This document shows, piece after piece, positions 17,608 to 26,414 of a stretch of DNA of 64,000 bases. The DNA lies in contig JALVKE010000198.1 of assembly GCA_027028005.1 (NCBI GenBank), positions 166 through 64,165 on the forward strand, read 5' to 3'. The notes under the pieces were generated by a model. It saw only the letters and a list, made by a program, of their open reading frames with translations, was not told the DNA's origin and searched no databases. This DNA comes from Persephonella sp. Its GTDB lineage: Bacteria > Aquificota > Aquificia > Aquificales > Hydrogenothermaceae. Made by a program: the position numbers and the translations under genes. Every line of letters starts with the position of its first letter. Position 1 is the stretch's first letter.

Positions 17608-18090
17608 TTTTATAAAGTATTTTCCATATATCTTTATCTCCTTTGGAAATCTTTCATCTTTACCAAACACAAGAACAATCTTCTTAACTTTTTTACTTTT
17701 TAACGGATAGATAATGTATGTATTTCCTTTTTTCTCTAATCTATATGGATATGTTTTCCCTCTTTCATCTGCCTTCCTTGTTCTTAAAAACTTTACTATA
17801 AGAGGGAGCCATGGTTTCTTTTTAAGTATCTTTTCCTTTGTATACTTTCTTATCTTATTGTTCTCTTTTTCATACAGAAAAAAATCGTTATCTTTAGCCT
17901 CAAAAACAAAGTTATAGTCGTATATAAAACGTAGATATGGGTATACTTTTCCTTCCACTTTTATTTCATCTTTTTTCCACTTAAACTCTACCGTTCCAAT
18001 AGGAATAAAACCATAATAAACTTTATATAGAGCTTCATCCCCAAAGGCAACAGATATATATACTATAAGTATAAAAATTAGTTTTCTCAT
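17590..18090 (-). CDS. secreted hypothetical protein (DUF3108-like?)
   Basis: Signal peptide MRKLIFILIVYISVAFG, then a beta-rich sequence (YKVYYGFIPIGTVEFKW). Confidence 0.5.
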   Translation of the reverse strand: MRKLIFILIVYISVAFGDEALYKVYYGFIPIGTVEFKWKKDEIKVEGKVYPYLRFIYDYNFVFEAKDNDFFLYEKENNKIRKYTKEKILKKKPWLPLIVKFLRTRKADERGKTYPYRLEKKGNTYIIYPLKSKKVKKIVLVFGKDERFPKEIKIYGKYFIKLERIS

Positions 18091-18159
18091 TCTATTTTCC
18101 TTTCATCTTTATGATTATGTTAATATTCTAATAATATATTTATGAAAATAAAATGAAAT

Positions 18160-18483
18160 CTACTTCCCTAATCCAAGATCTAAAAATAGAACCATACATT
18201 TCCCAAAATAAAAAAAGATTAAAATAAGATTAAACATAAATGCCCTTTTAAGAGAAACTGATAAATCTTCCTTAAAGTAGAACTTGAAAAATAAAAAAAG
18301 AACCAGTGTTAAAACAGGAATAGACACAATTACAAGATTTGAGATTTCTATATCTGCATGGGAAGTAAGTTGGTAACTGAAGTATATATGACGAAGGTTT
18401 AACATATATAAAATCTTTTGGAGAAAAAGAAGAGATAAAAACCATATAAAAAAACCATACATATAACCTCTAAAGAGTTTCAT
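18160..18483 (-). CDS. small membrane protein, hypothetical
   Basis: 107 aa with three hydrophobic segments. It directly follows the 66-aa ORF. Confidence 0.4.
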   Translation of the reverse strand: MKLFRGYMYGFFIWFLSLLFLQKILYMLNLRHIYFSYQLTSHADIEISNLVIVSIPVLTLVLFLFFKFYFKEDLSVSLKRAFMFNLILIFFYFGKCMVLFLDLGLGK

Positions 18484-18684
18484 CTAGCATCTGCATATCT
18501 TTCTTGAAGAAAAGACTTTTTGAAAAGCTTTTTCAAAAGCTTCGTATCTGTCTATGCCCTGAGATAAAAATGCTTCAACATTTATTTTTAAATCTTCTAA
18601 CTCTTCATTGGAAAAATCAAATATATCTTTTAAATACAGCTGTTTTTTTAGAAATGTTTCATTTATCAAGTTTTGTGCTTTCAA
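18484..18684 (-). CDS. small hypothetical protein
   Basis: 66-aa ORF with a TTG start overlapping the recN 3' end by 26 nt. No motif recognised. Confidence 0.3.
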   Translation of the reverse strand: MKAQNLINETFLKKQLYLKDIFDFSNEELEDLKINVEAFLSQGIDRYEAFEKAFQKVFSSRKICRC

Positions 18685-20263
18685 TAAGTTTCTCCGCTAG
18701 ATTAAGGGTTTCTTGGTTAATTTTACCAGTTAGCATACGGGCGATCTCTTCTTTCCTTGTTTCTCTATCAAGGACTTTAATAATAGCTTTTGTTTTCTCA
18801 TCAATAAATGCTTTATCTATGTAAAAATGCTTATCTGCATACGCAGCAATTTGAGGAAGATGGGTAATAAGGATAATCTGATAATCTTTTGAGAGTTTTT
18901 TTAGTTTTTCAGCTAGAAGAACTGCTGTTTTTCCACCAAGTCCCGTATCTATCTCATCAAAAATCATACTCTCTATATTACTTCCTGTTGTAAGTTTTAG
19001 AGCAAGAGATATTCTTGATATCTCTCCACCAGATGCAACATCTCCTAATAGAGAAGGATAGTATCCTCTATTTGCAGAAAATAAAAATATGATGTTATCC
19101 TTTCCAAATCTATCAAGTTCTTCTTTTTCTTCTATCTCAACAACAAATTGAGCTTCCTTAAGTCCTAACTGTTTTAGATGCTCTTCTATCTCTTTTGAGA
19201 GTTCTTTACTTTTTTGATCTCTTATAGCTGATATTTTTTCTGCTAGTGTATGTAACCTTCCCTCAATCTCTTCTATCTGCTGCTGTAGTTTTGGAATCTC
19301 AAACTCAAGATTTTCTAAATAATCTATCTTTTCCTTAAACTCCTCTTTTATCTTTAATAATCCTTCCTCATCTGTATTGTATTTTAGCTCCAGTTTGTTT
19401 ATAAGGTTAAGTCTTTCTTCTATCTCAAGAATCTCATTCTCATCAAATTCTAAATCCATATCTGAAAGAGAGTATGAGGCTTCCTGTAGGAGAATTTTTG
19501 CTTCTTCTAAAGATTTGTATATCTCTTCTAGTGAAGGAGCTGCATCTTTTATCTTCTGAATATTTCTTAAAACAGTATTTAGGTTATCTAGAATGGAGTT
19601 TTCCTCATCTTCTAAAAGATTTTTAGAAAGATAAACAACTTCTTTTATATTCTGAATTTCTGAAAGATACCTGTACCTTTTCTCTAACTCCTCTTTTTCC
19701 CCTACTTTTATATCAGCTTCTTCAAGTTCTGCTAGTTGAAACCTTATAATATCAAGTTCCCTTATTCTTTCAGACTGTTTTTCTAAAATTTCCCTTTCTT
19801 TCTCTTTAAGTTCTTTATATTTAGAAAAAAGCCTTTGATATTCATCTAACAATCCTTCTAAAGATGCATATCTATCTAACACTTCCCTGTAAAAACTCTT
19901 TTTAAAGAGATTTTGTTGATGGTATTGAGTATGGATCTCTATTATATTTTCTGATGCCTCCTCTACAGCTGTCCTTGTTGCTCTCCTTCCGTTTATATAG
20001 TAGATACTTTTACTATTCTTTATCTGCCTTGCAAGTATCAGAGTTCCATCCTCAGAAAACTCATTTTCAACGTTATCAAACACTATTTCAACATATGTTC
20101 CATCTTCGTAAGAACCTTTCTTTCCTAAAACAAACTCTATCGCATCAATTATGAGAGATTTACCTACTCCTGTTTCCCCTGTAAAAACATTCAACCCTTT
20201 ACAGAACTCTAATGTTATATCTTCTATATATAGATACTTTTTTATATATACCTGAGATAACAT
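18659..20263 (-). CDS. recN: DNA repair protein RecN
   Basis: Walker A GETGVGKS, a long coiled-coil centre, and a C-terminal SGGE signature (ASGGEISRISLAL) with Walker B MIFDEID. Confidence 0.9.
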   Translation of the reverse strand: MLSQVYIKKYLYIEDITLEFCKGLNVFTGETGVGKSLIIDAIEFVLGKKGSYEDGTYVEIVFDNVENEFSEDGTLILARQIKNSKSIYYINGRRATRTAVEEASENIIEIHTQYHQQNLFKKSFYREVLDRYASLEGLLDEYQRLFSKYKELKEKEREILEKQSERIRELDIIRFQLAELEEADIKVGEKEELEKRYRYLSEIQNIKEVVYLSKNLLEDEENSILDNLNTVLRNIQKIKDAAPSLEEIYKSLEEAKILLQEASYSLSDMDLEFDENEILEIEERLNLINKLELKYNTDEEGLLKIKEEFKEKIDYLENLEFEIPKLQQQIEEIEGRLHTLAEKISAIRDQKSKELSKEIEEHLKQLGLKEAQFVVEIEEKEELDRFGKDNIIFLFSANRGYYPSLLGDVASGGEISRISLALKLTTGSNIESMIFDEIDTGLGGKTAVLLAEKLKKLSKDYQIILITHLPQIAAYADKHFYIDKAFIDEKTKAIIKVLDRETRKEEIARMLTGKINQETLNLAEKLIESTKLDK

Positions 20264-20305
20264 TGCTGACCTTTTGTAGAAATTTTGGAAAATATTTTAA
20301 CAGAA

Positions 20306-20893
20306 TTAGTTAAAAAAACCTTCTTTAAAATGATTGAAAAGATAGTCAGCTTTTGAGGATAATGGGTAGCTCATGTTGTTTATCATCCAGTCTAAAGATT
20401 GGGATAAGATGCTTCCTGTAAAAAATTTAACTAACGCTTCTTCATCATATTTACTAAATAAACCTTTTTGCTTTCCATCTTTGAATATCTCTTTTATATG
20501 CTTTTCAAAATTCTGTAATATTTCTTTAAGTCTATTTAACTTTTTATCACTTCCAAGATATATAACGTCAGAAAAAATAATTCTTGGTATTATTTTTGTT
20601 TTTTCTATAAAAAGTAGATACTCTTTATATATAGTCCTTAGCTGATCTTCTATATCGTCCTTTGATTTAGCTTTTTTTAAAATTTCTTTTAGTTGCTGCT
20701 CTATATAATCTAGATAATAAAGAATCATCTCATCTTTACTATTAAAATATTTGTATATTGCTGGTTGAGTTACCCCAAGTTTTTTAGCCACTTCCGTTGT
20801 AGAAACTTCGGAAAAGCCTTTTTCTGCTATTATCTGATTTATTGCAGAAAAAACCTCTTCCTTCCTTTCCTGAACACTCTTTCTTTTTCTCAA
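20306..20893 (-). CDS. TetR-family transcriptional regulator
   Basis: N-terminal HTH STTEVAKKLGVTQPAIYKYFNSKDE. Confidence 0.85.
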   Translation of the reverse strand: MRKRKSVQERKEEVFSAINQIIAEKGFSEVSTTEVAKKLGVTQPAIYKYFNSKDEMILYYLDYIEQQLKEILKKAKSKDDIEDQLRTIYKEYLLFIEKTKIIPRIIFSDVIYLGSDKKLNRLKEILQNFEKHIKEIFKDGKQKGLFSKYDEEALVKFFTGSILSQSLDWMINNMSYPLSSKADYLFNHFKEGFFN

Positions 20894-20969
20894 TGCTGTA
20901 TCCTCTTTGGTAATTTTTGTTACTGTTAGTATAATCTAAAAATCCCCCTGTTATAAACATATAAGTTAT

Positions 20970-21965
20970 TCATTCTAAAGATAAATTTGAGTTTTTAAGT
21001 TTATCAACAAGAAAGGATTTCTTTCTTTTTGCTTGATACATAAGGCTATCAGCTTTTGCTACCAACGATTCTAAAGTATCATTTTTATCTAGCTCTATAA
21101 CCCCAAAACTTAGATCTATATCTTCGCAGTTTTTATCTCCACATAACTCTTTTTTATTTTCAAGAAGTATCTTTCTTATTTTATGTGCAAGATTTACAGC
21201 ATCCTGTTTTCTTGTAAAAGGAAGGAAAAGGATTATCTCATCTCCTCCAATTCTAATAGGTAAATCAGCTTTTCTTAAAATCTCTTTAATTAAAAAACCA
21301 AATTTTTGCAAAAATATATCTCCTGCTAAATGTCCATAGGTATCATTTAAATTTTTAAAATTATCTATATCCATATAAACTACAGAAAGAGGATACCTAT
21401 ATCTTTTAGCCCTTTCAATTTCTATTGGTATAATTCTCTCAAAAAATCTTCTATTATAAAGACCTGTTAACTGATCTGTATATGCCTGTTCTATTAGATT
21501 GTTTTCTATCTTATCCTGTTCTATACTTTTTTTCAAAATTTCTTTTACCTTTTTTAAATAGGAAATATCTTTTGATGAAAATGGAACTTCTCTAGCACCG
21601 ATAATATATTTGTTATCTGGAAGTTTCATTAGAAAAAAACTTAGATTACCACTTTGATTTCCAAAAAACTTAAAAATGTTATAATCCTTATCACAGTTAT
21701 TAAGAATTATTAATGATTCCTTAGATAAAGCTTTTTTTAGAAAATTTTTGTACTTCACTAATTTAGTTAAATCAGATATATAAAAATATTTATCTGAGTC
21801 AATATAGTATCCAAAGTCATCCCTAATAAAGATAGCTGATCTTAAATTAAAAAAGTTGGAAATATTTTCTATTACACTACGAAAATTATCTATCTTATAC
21901 TTTTTATCGTATAAGTTATTGATAATATCAAACAGAATGTTCATCTTTTCGTTTTTATTTTTCAT
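20970..21965 (-). CDS. diguanylate cyclase (GGDEF) with uncharacterised N-terminal sensor domain
   Basis: DQLTGLYNRR, DIDNFKNLNDTYGH and RIGGDEI motifs. An RKAD I-site lies 5 residues upstream of GGDEI. Confidence 0.85.
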   Translation of the reverse strand: MKNKNEKMNILFDIINNLYDKKYKIDNFRSVIENISNFFNLRSAIFIRDDFGYYIDSDKYFYISDLTKLVKYKNFLKKALSKESLIILNNCDKDYNIFKFFGNQSGNLSFFLMKLPDNKYIIGAREVPFSSKDISYLKKVKEILKKSIEQDKIENNLIEQAYTDQLTGLYNRRFFERIIPIEIERAKRYRYPLSVVYMDIDNFKNLNDTYGHLAGDIFLQKFGFLIKEILRKADLPIRIGGDEIILFLPFTRKQDAVNLAHKIRKILLENKKELCGDKNCEDIDLSFGVIELDKNDTLESLVAKADSLMYQAKRKKSFLVDKLKNSNLSLE

Positions 21966-21985
21966 ATCAATATCACCATTATTTT

Positions 21986-22010
21986 TTTAAAAAGGGGGGA
22001 GAAATCCCCA
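21986..22010 (-). terminator. rho-independent terminator (minus strand)
   Basis: On the minus strand: GGGGA-TTTC-TCCCC, followed by CC TTTTT. Located downstream of the 90-aa ORF. Confidence 0.5.
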
Positions 22011-22041
22011 GGGGGAGAGTGAATCGATTTAAATATTAATT

Positions 22042-22314
22042 TTAACTTTTTTTATAGTTTTTTATATCTTCTTCTTTTATTTCGTCCCATAATATTATTT
22101 TTACATCTTTATTTTTTTTCCTGTAGTAGAACTCATATATAGCTAATCGCCATAGATCCACATCTATTTTTCTTATTTTAAAGCTTGGTTTAAAATTCTG
22201 CTCGAATTCATTTTCCATAGTACTGTAGAGTTCGGCAATATATATGCCAACTCTATAAGTACCTCTTAATATTAAATCATCATTAAAAATAAGTAATTTG
22301 CGTTTGTAAAGCAA
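22042..22314 (-). CDS. small hypothetical protein
   Basis: 90-aa ORF with a TTG start and its own downstream terminator. No motif recognised. Confidence 0.4.
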   Translation of the reverse strand: MLYKRKLLIFNDDLILRGTYRVGIYIAELYSTMENEFEQNFKPSFKIRKIDVDLWRLAIYEFYYRKKNKDVKIILWDEIKEEDIKNYKKS

Positions 22315-22420
22315 GTTTACAAATTTATTTTAAAATTTTTACATATTCTTTTTCCAAGAAAAAAATAAGTCAAATATTTATATATATTATTAAATCAGTT
22401 ATTAGATAAAAAATCAAAAT

Positions 22421-22439
22421 TATTAACAATTTGTTAATA
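22421..22439 (-). terminator. AT-rich 9-1-9 palindrome downstream of the permease gene
   Basis: TATTAACAA-T-TTGTTAATA, followed on the minus strand by a T-rich stretch (ATTTTGATTTTTT). Confidence 0.35.
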
Positions 22440-22443
22440 TTTC

Positions 22444-23502
22444 TTACAGGTTCTTTCTTAGCTTTGGATCTAAAGCATCTCTAAGGGCATCTCCAAGAAT
22501 ATTAAATGCTAGTATAGCTATGAAAATAGCTATACCTGGAGATAAAATCCATGGATAAGATGCAATTGCAGATACATTTCTTGCAGCAGAAAGCATATTT
22601 CCCCAACTAGCATAAGGTTCCTGAATACCTAAACCAAGTAATGATAAAGCACTTTCTCCCAATATGTATCCAGGAATTGCTAATGTTGCAGAAATCAAAA
22701 GATACGAATACGTATTAGGCAGTATATGTTTAACAATTATCCTTAAAGGCGATGCTCCATAAGATTTAGCAGCTATTACAAAATCCTGCTCTCTTATAGA
22801 CAGAACCATTCCTCTTATAACCCTTGCCAAACCTGCCCAGCCTATAAATGAAAGAATTACAACAATAAGGAAGTAAACCTGAACAGAGGACAAAGTTATA
22901 GGAAAAACAGCCCTTAAAGCCAGCATAAGGTAAAATCCAGGGAAAGACATTATAATTTCAGAGAGTCTCATCAGTACATTATCTACCATTCCACCAAAGT
23001 AGCCAGATATTCCACCAATAATTGCACCTATTGTAAATGAGACGAGAACGCCAACTATTCCAATGGATAGAGAAATTCTCCCACCATATAGAAGTCTAGA
23101 GAATATATCTCTTCCTAAATGATCAGCTCCTAGTAAAAATATCTTTCCATTTTTAACGCCGAAAAGATGTATGTTAGTAGGAATAAAACCTAAAAGATAA
23201 TGTTTATCCCCTTCTATAAAGAAATATATAGGATACTTCTTTTTTTTATTTACTTTGTAAATCTTAAAAACAGGATCAACTAATTCGTATTTATATACAA
23301 AAGGTCTTAAATTAAAATTGCCCTTTTCATCAAAAAAATGTATCTGTGTAGGTGGATGATAAGGTGTATCTCTATGCTGTTTATCGTATGGATAAGGGGA
23401 TATAAAATCAGCAAATATAGCAAGGAAGTAAAGAATAATCAATATGTACAATGATAGATAGGCTAATCTGTTTTTCTTTATATATTTAAAAATCTCTCTC
23501 AT
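22444..23502 (-). CDS. ABC transporter permease, OppC/DppC family (orphan)
   Basis: N-terminal OppC-type extension, six TM segments, and an EAA-like loop (AAKSYGASPLRIIVKHILPN). Confidence 0.85.
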   Translation of the reverse strand: MREIFKYIKKNRLAYLSLYILIILYFLAIFADFISPYPYDKQHRDTPYHPPTQIHFFDEKGNFNLRPFVYKYELVDPVFKIYKVNKKKKYPIYFFIEGDKHYLLGFIPTNIHLFGVKNGKIFLLGADHLGRDIFSRLLYGGRISLSIGIVGVLVSFTIGAIIGGISGYFGGMVDNVLMRLSEIIMSFPGFYLMLALRAVFPITLSSVQVYFLIVVILSFIGWAGLARVIRGMVLSIREQDFVIAAKSYGASPLRIIVKHILPNTYSYLLISATLAIPGYILGESALSLLGLGIQEPYASWGNMLSAARNVSAIASYPWILSPGIAIFIAILAFNILGDALRDALDPKLRKNL

Positions 23503-24485
23503 TTATTTTCCTTTTCTTCAAAATACTCATAAGCATCAATGATATCTAGATAAACACCGTCAAAATTTGAAGATATAATCTTATCAAGATACGAATTTTC
23601 ACTACCGTATATAATATTCTGCCAGTCTTTCATCCAGTATTTAACCTTGTAGTTTCCAGGCCAGTTTGGATTTTCTTCATCTAACCACTCTGGAGGTTTC
23701 GTATACCATTCATTTTTCCAATAGTATCTGTAATTCTCAGCCTCTCCTATACTCATATATGCGATAACAAGTCTTCTAGCCCCATTTTTTTTATATTTGA
23801 TTTTATCAACATCCTCTTCTGTAAGTAACTCTCCTTTAAAGAACGCATCAATGATAAGAATATCATAATTGGTGTTTTTAAGAGTTGTTAGAAAATCTTC
23901 CTTTTTTTCAAAATTTTCAGGATTTATTAGATAAAGGAAATTTTTTGCTTCCTGTAGTGTGTATACATCATTATCATTTTCATTAAAAGGTTTAGGAGGA
24001 TATATAGGAATACAGTTTAACTCTCTGCATGTTGCTATTGATATATATCCTTTCTGGTAGTTCTCTTTATAAGAGTCATCTACTTTAGATTTATCCCAAC
24101 AGTAATCAACCACAAGTATCTTTTTTCCTTCTTGTTTTAATCTATCTAAGAAAGATATCAGCCAGTTTCTCTCTTCCTCTGGAGTTGGAAGATTATCTTC
24201 CTCATATCCATAGAATAAATCCTCTTGTGCCTGTCCATCTATAGCATTAACATACTCGTCAGCTAATGGACCATCAGGCTCTCCGTTTTCTGTTACTATT
24301 TCTACACCATTTTGAGGAATAACTATAAAATCTGATTTTATAGATTTTGCATAGTTAGATATACCAATAACAAAACTTCTCATTTCCTGTTTATAATCTA
24401 TAGATCTTTCCTTGAAATTAGAATTTGAATTTCCACAACTAAAAAGTTGAAATATAACAATAAAATATAAAAGTATTTTTTTCAT
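23499..24485 (-). CDS. GH114-like (endo-alpha-1,4-polygalactosaminidase / TM1410-type) lipoprotein
   Basis: Lipobox LFSC|G. AYMSIGEAENYRYYW and DGVYLDIIDAYEYF resemble GH114 signatures. The stop overlaps the permease start (ATGA). Confidence 0.6.
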   Translation of the reverse strand: MKKILLYFIVIFQLFSCGNSNSNFKERSIDYKQEMRSFVIGISNYAKSIKSDFIVIPQNGVEIVTENGEPDGPLADEYVNAIDGQAQEDLFYGYEEDNLPTPEEERNWLISFLDRLKQEGKKILVVDYCWDKSKVDDSYKENYQKGYISIATCRELNCIPIYPPKPFNENDNDVYTLQEAKNFLYLINPENFEKKEDFLTTLKNTNYDILIIDAFFKGELLTEEDVDKIKYKKNGARRLVIAYMSIGEAENYRYYWKNEWYTKPPEWLDEENPNWPGNYKVKYWMKDWQNIIYGSENSYLDKIISSNFDGVYLDIIDAYEYFEEKENK

Positions 24486-24512
24486 TTTACCTGTTTTTAT
24501 GGCTAATTCTTC

Positions 24513-24544
24513 AAAAAAAAAGCCTCTGAAAATTTTTCAGAGGC
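24513..24544 (-). terminator. rho-independent terminator of the PEBP pair
   Basis: On the minus strand: GCCTCTGA-loop-TCAGAGGC, followed by T9. Confidence 0.7.
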
Positions 24545-24587
24545 ATAAAGCATGGGAGCTTTAAGAAGCTTCATATATATAATAACA

Positions 24588-25100
24588 TTATCTTTTGTAT
24601 AATCCCATAAGTTCAGTTGTCCCTACTATATGACCGTTAATAGCTTTTATCACTTCCTGTATTTTTGCCTTAGGAGGTATACCTAATGTATTCTTATCTA
24701 TAGCAAATAACTTAAAAAAGTATCTATGGGGCTTACCAGGAGGTGGACAGGGTCCTCCATATCCTACTCTTCCAAAATCGTTTATTCCTTGTTTTATTCC
24801 ATTTACCTCAGGTTTCTTTGGAAAATTTTCTGCTATGCCTGTAGATGTGGCAGGTATATCGTAAACAATCCAATGTATGAATGTTCCTATTGGCGCATCT
24901 GGATCCTCTACTATGATAACAAAACTTTTTGTTCCTTTTGGGGCATTTTCCCATGTAAGGGGAGGAGAAATATCTTCCCCATCACAAGTATATTTTACAG
25001 GAATAAAATCTCCGTAGTTAAAGGCTGGAGACATTATCTTAAAGTTTTGTGCGAATACTGATGTATAAAAAAGCATGAGGAGAACTAGTATAAGCCTCAT
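24588..25100 (-). CDS. YbhB/YbcL (PEBP) family protein, secreted paralogue
   Basis: Signal peptide MRLILVLLMLFYTSVFA. Motifs DPDAP, HWIVYDIP and GYGGPCPPPGKPHRY. Confidence 0.85.
   Translation of the reverse strand: MRLILVLLMLFYTSVFAQNFKIMSPAFNYGDFIPVKYTCDGEDISPPLTWENAPKGTKSFVIIVEDPDAPIGTFIHWIVYDIPATSTGIAENFPKKPEVNGIKQGINDFGRVGYGGPCPPPGKPHRYFFKLFAIDKNTLGIPPKAKIQEVIKAINGHIVGTTELMGLYKR
24722..24800. repeat. near-identical tract shared by the two PEBP paralogues (copy 1)
   Basis: 79 nt with 3 mismatches against 25231-25309. The core 24733-24788 is a 56-nt exact match. Confidence 0.85.
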
Positions 25101-25558
25101 CTTTGATAAACCCCCATAGTATATCCTTCAGATATAATATGTCCTTCTATAGCTTCTCTAACAACTGAATGATGCTCTCCTGGAGGAAGACCTAATGTTG
25201 GAACATCAAGCGCTAAAACTATAAAGAAATATCTATGAGGTTTACCAGGAGGTGGACAGGGTCCTCCATATCCTACTCTTCCAAAATCGTTTATTCCCTG
25301 TTTTATTCCTTCTATCTCTGGAACTTTAGGAAAGTTTTCCGGTAAACCATTAACTGTTGGTGGAATGTCATAAACTACCCAGTGAGTAAATGTACCCATT
25401 GGCGCATCTGGATCTTCCATTATTAAAGCAAAGCTTTGAGTATTAGGTGGATAGTTTCCCCATACAATTTCAGGAGAAATATCTTCTCCATCACAAGTGT
25501 AAACAACAGGTATTAATGTTCCTTCTTCAAATGCTGGACTTTTTACAATTATACTCAT
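25097..25558 (-). CDS. YbhB/YbcL (PEBP) family protein, cytoplasmic paralogue
   Basis: Same motifs (DPDAP, HWVVYDIP, GYGGPCPPPGKPHRY) but no signal peptide. Its stop overlaps the downstream paralogue's start. Confidence 0.85.
   Translation of the reverse strand: MSIIVKSPAFEEGTLIPVVYTCDGEDISPEIVWGNYPPNTQSFALIMEDPDAPMGTFTHWVVYDIPPTVNGLPENFPKVPEIEGIKQGINDFGRVGYGGPCPPPGKPHRYFFIVLALDVPTLGLPPGEHHSVVREAIEGHIISEGYTMGVYQR
25231..25309. repeat. near-identical tract shared by the two PEBP paralogues (copy 2)
   Basis: Matches 24722-24800. The rest of the two genes is clearly more diverged. Confidence 0.85.
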
Positions 25559-25714
25559 CTTCTGCCCTCCTTTTTTTATTAAAGATAAAGAAAAAATAAA
25601 AATTTTCCACAGGGAATATTTGCTTGATTTTTTATAGCTTTAGTTCAGAGATATATGTTTTACAGAGCTAAAAATAGAAGAAGAAAGAGTTTATGAAAAA
25701 CATTAATAAAATAT

Positions 25715-26250
25715 TTACTTAAATAGTTGTTCTGCATCTATTCCTACATCACATTCACATAATTTTAACTTTAAAATTCCTTTATCACTATCAAATATCT
25801 TTTCATATCTGTTTTCCTTAAGCTCAAAAGCTCTAACCTTTTCTAGTTCAGGATAAACAATAATGTAGTATTTGACTTTCTCGTCTTTGTAGAGCTCAAA
25901 CTTTATTTTTTCATCTTTTACAGAAGTGCTTTTAGATATTACTTCAAATACAGCTTCAGGAGGAATTTTTATATACTCCTCTATCTCTTCACACGTAACA
26001 GATACATCAGGTCTAAAAACTGTTTCATTGTTAACTATCCAGTCTAGCTCTACATAAACACTGTAGGCTTTATCTTTACATCTACCTTTCTCCATATTCA
26101 AAATGGTAGCTATATTTCCAAGAATTTTTGATATTTTCCAAAAGGAGATGGAGTCATAGCAAAAGGTATTCCGTCTATTAGTTCCCAATCACCTTCCCAA
26201 AGCTTATAATCGTCTATTGTGTATCTTGGCATATATTTTTCTACAATCAT
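25715..26250 (-). pseudogene. Uma2-family (DUF820) endonuclease, reading frame broken by a 1-nt deficit
   Basis: The N-terminal frame from ATG 26250 (MIVEKYMPRYTIDDYKLWEGDWELIDGIPFAMTPSPFGKYQK) stops soon after an A5 run (T5 at 26125-26129 on the plus strand). The -1 frame continues (ILGNIATILN...FRPDVSV...EVISKST...). Confidence 0.7.
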
Positions 26251-26388
26251 TTTTTTGCCTCTATATAGTTAATCTATCATTAAATATAAAAATCTACCTT
26301 GAACTTTTCAAAAAACTTTTTTATAAGAGATACTGATTGACTGCAATTATTAGAATATTAATCTTTAAGAGTTTTTTTTGAAGAAAAG

Positions 26389-26414
26389 AGCTCCCCTTTA
26401 AGGGAGCTTTTTTT
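26389..26414 (-). terminator. stem-loop terminator after the frdB/CCG-subunit operon
   Basis: AGCTCCC (26389-26395) pairs with GGGAGCT (26402-26408). Flanked by T/A runs, immediately after the stop at 26414. Confidence 0.5.

Noticed and set aside
21991-22020. G-rich element AAAGGGGGGAGAAATCCCCAGGGGGAGAG as a possible riboswitch or G-quadruplex.
   Set aside because: A simple minus-strand terminator hairpin (GGGGA/TCCCC + T-run) explains it adequately. There are too few G-tracts for a canonical quadruplex.
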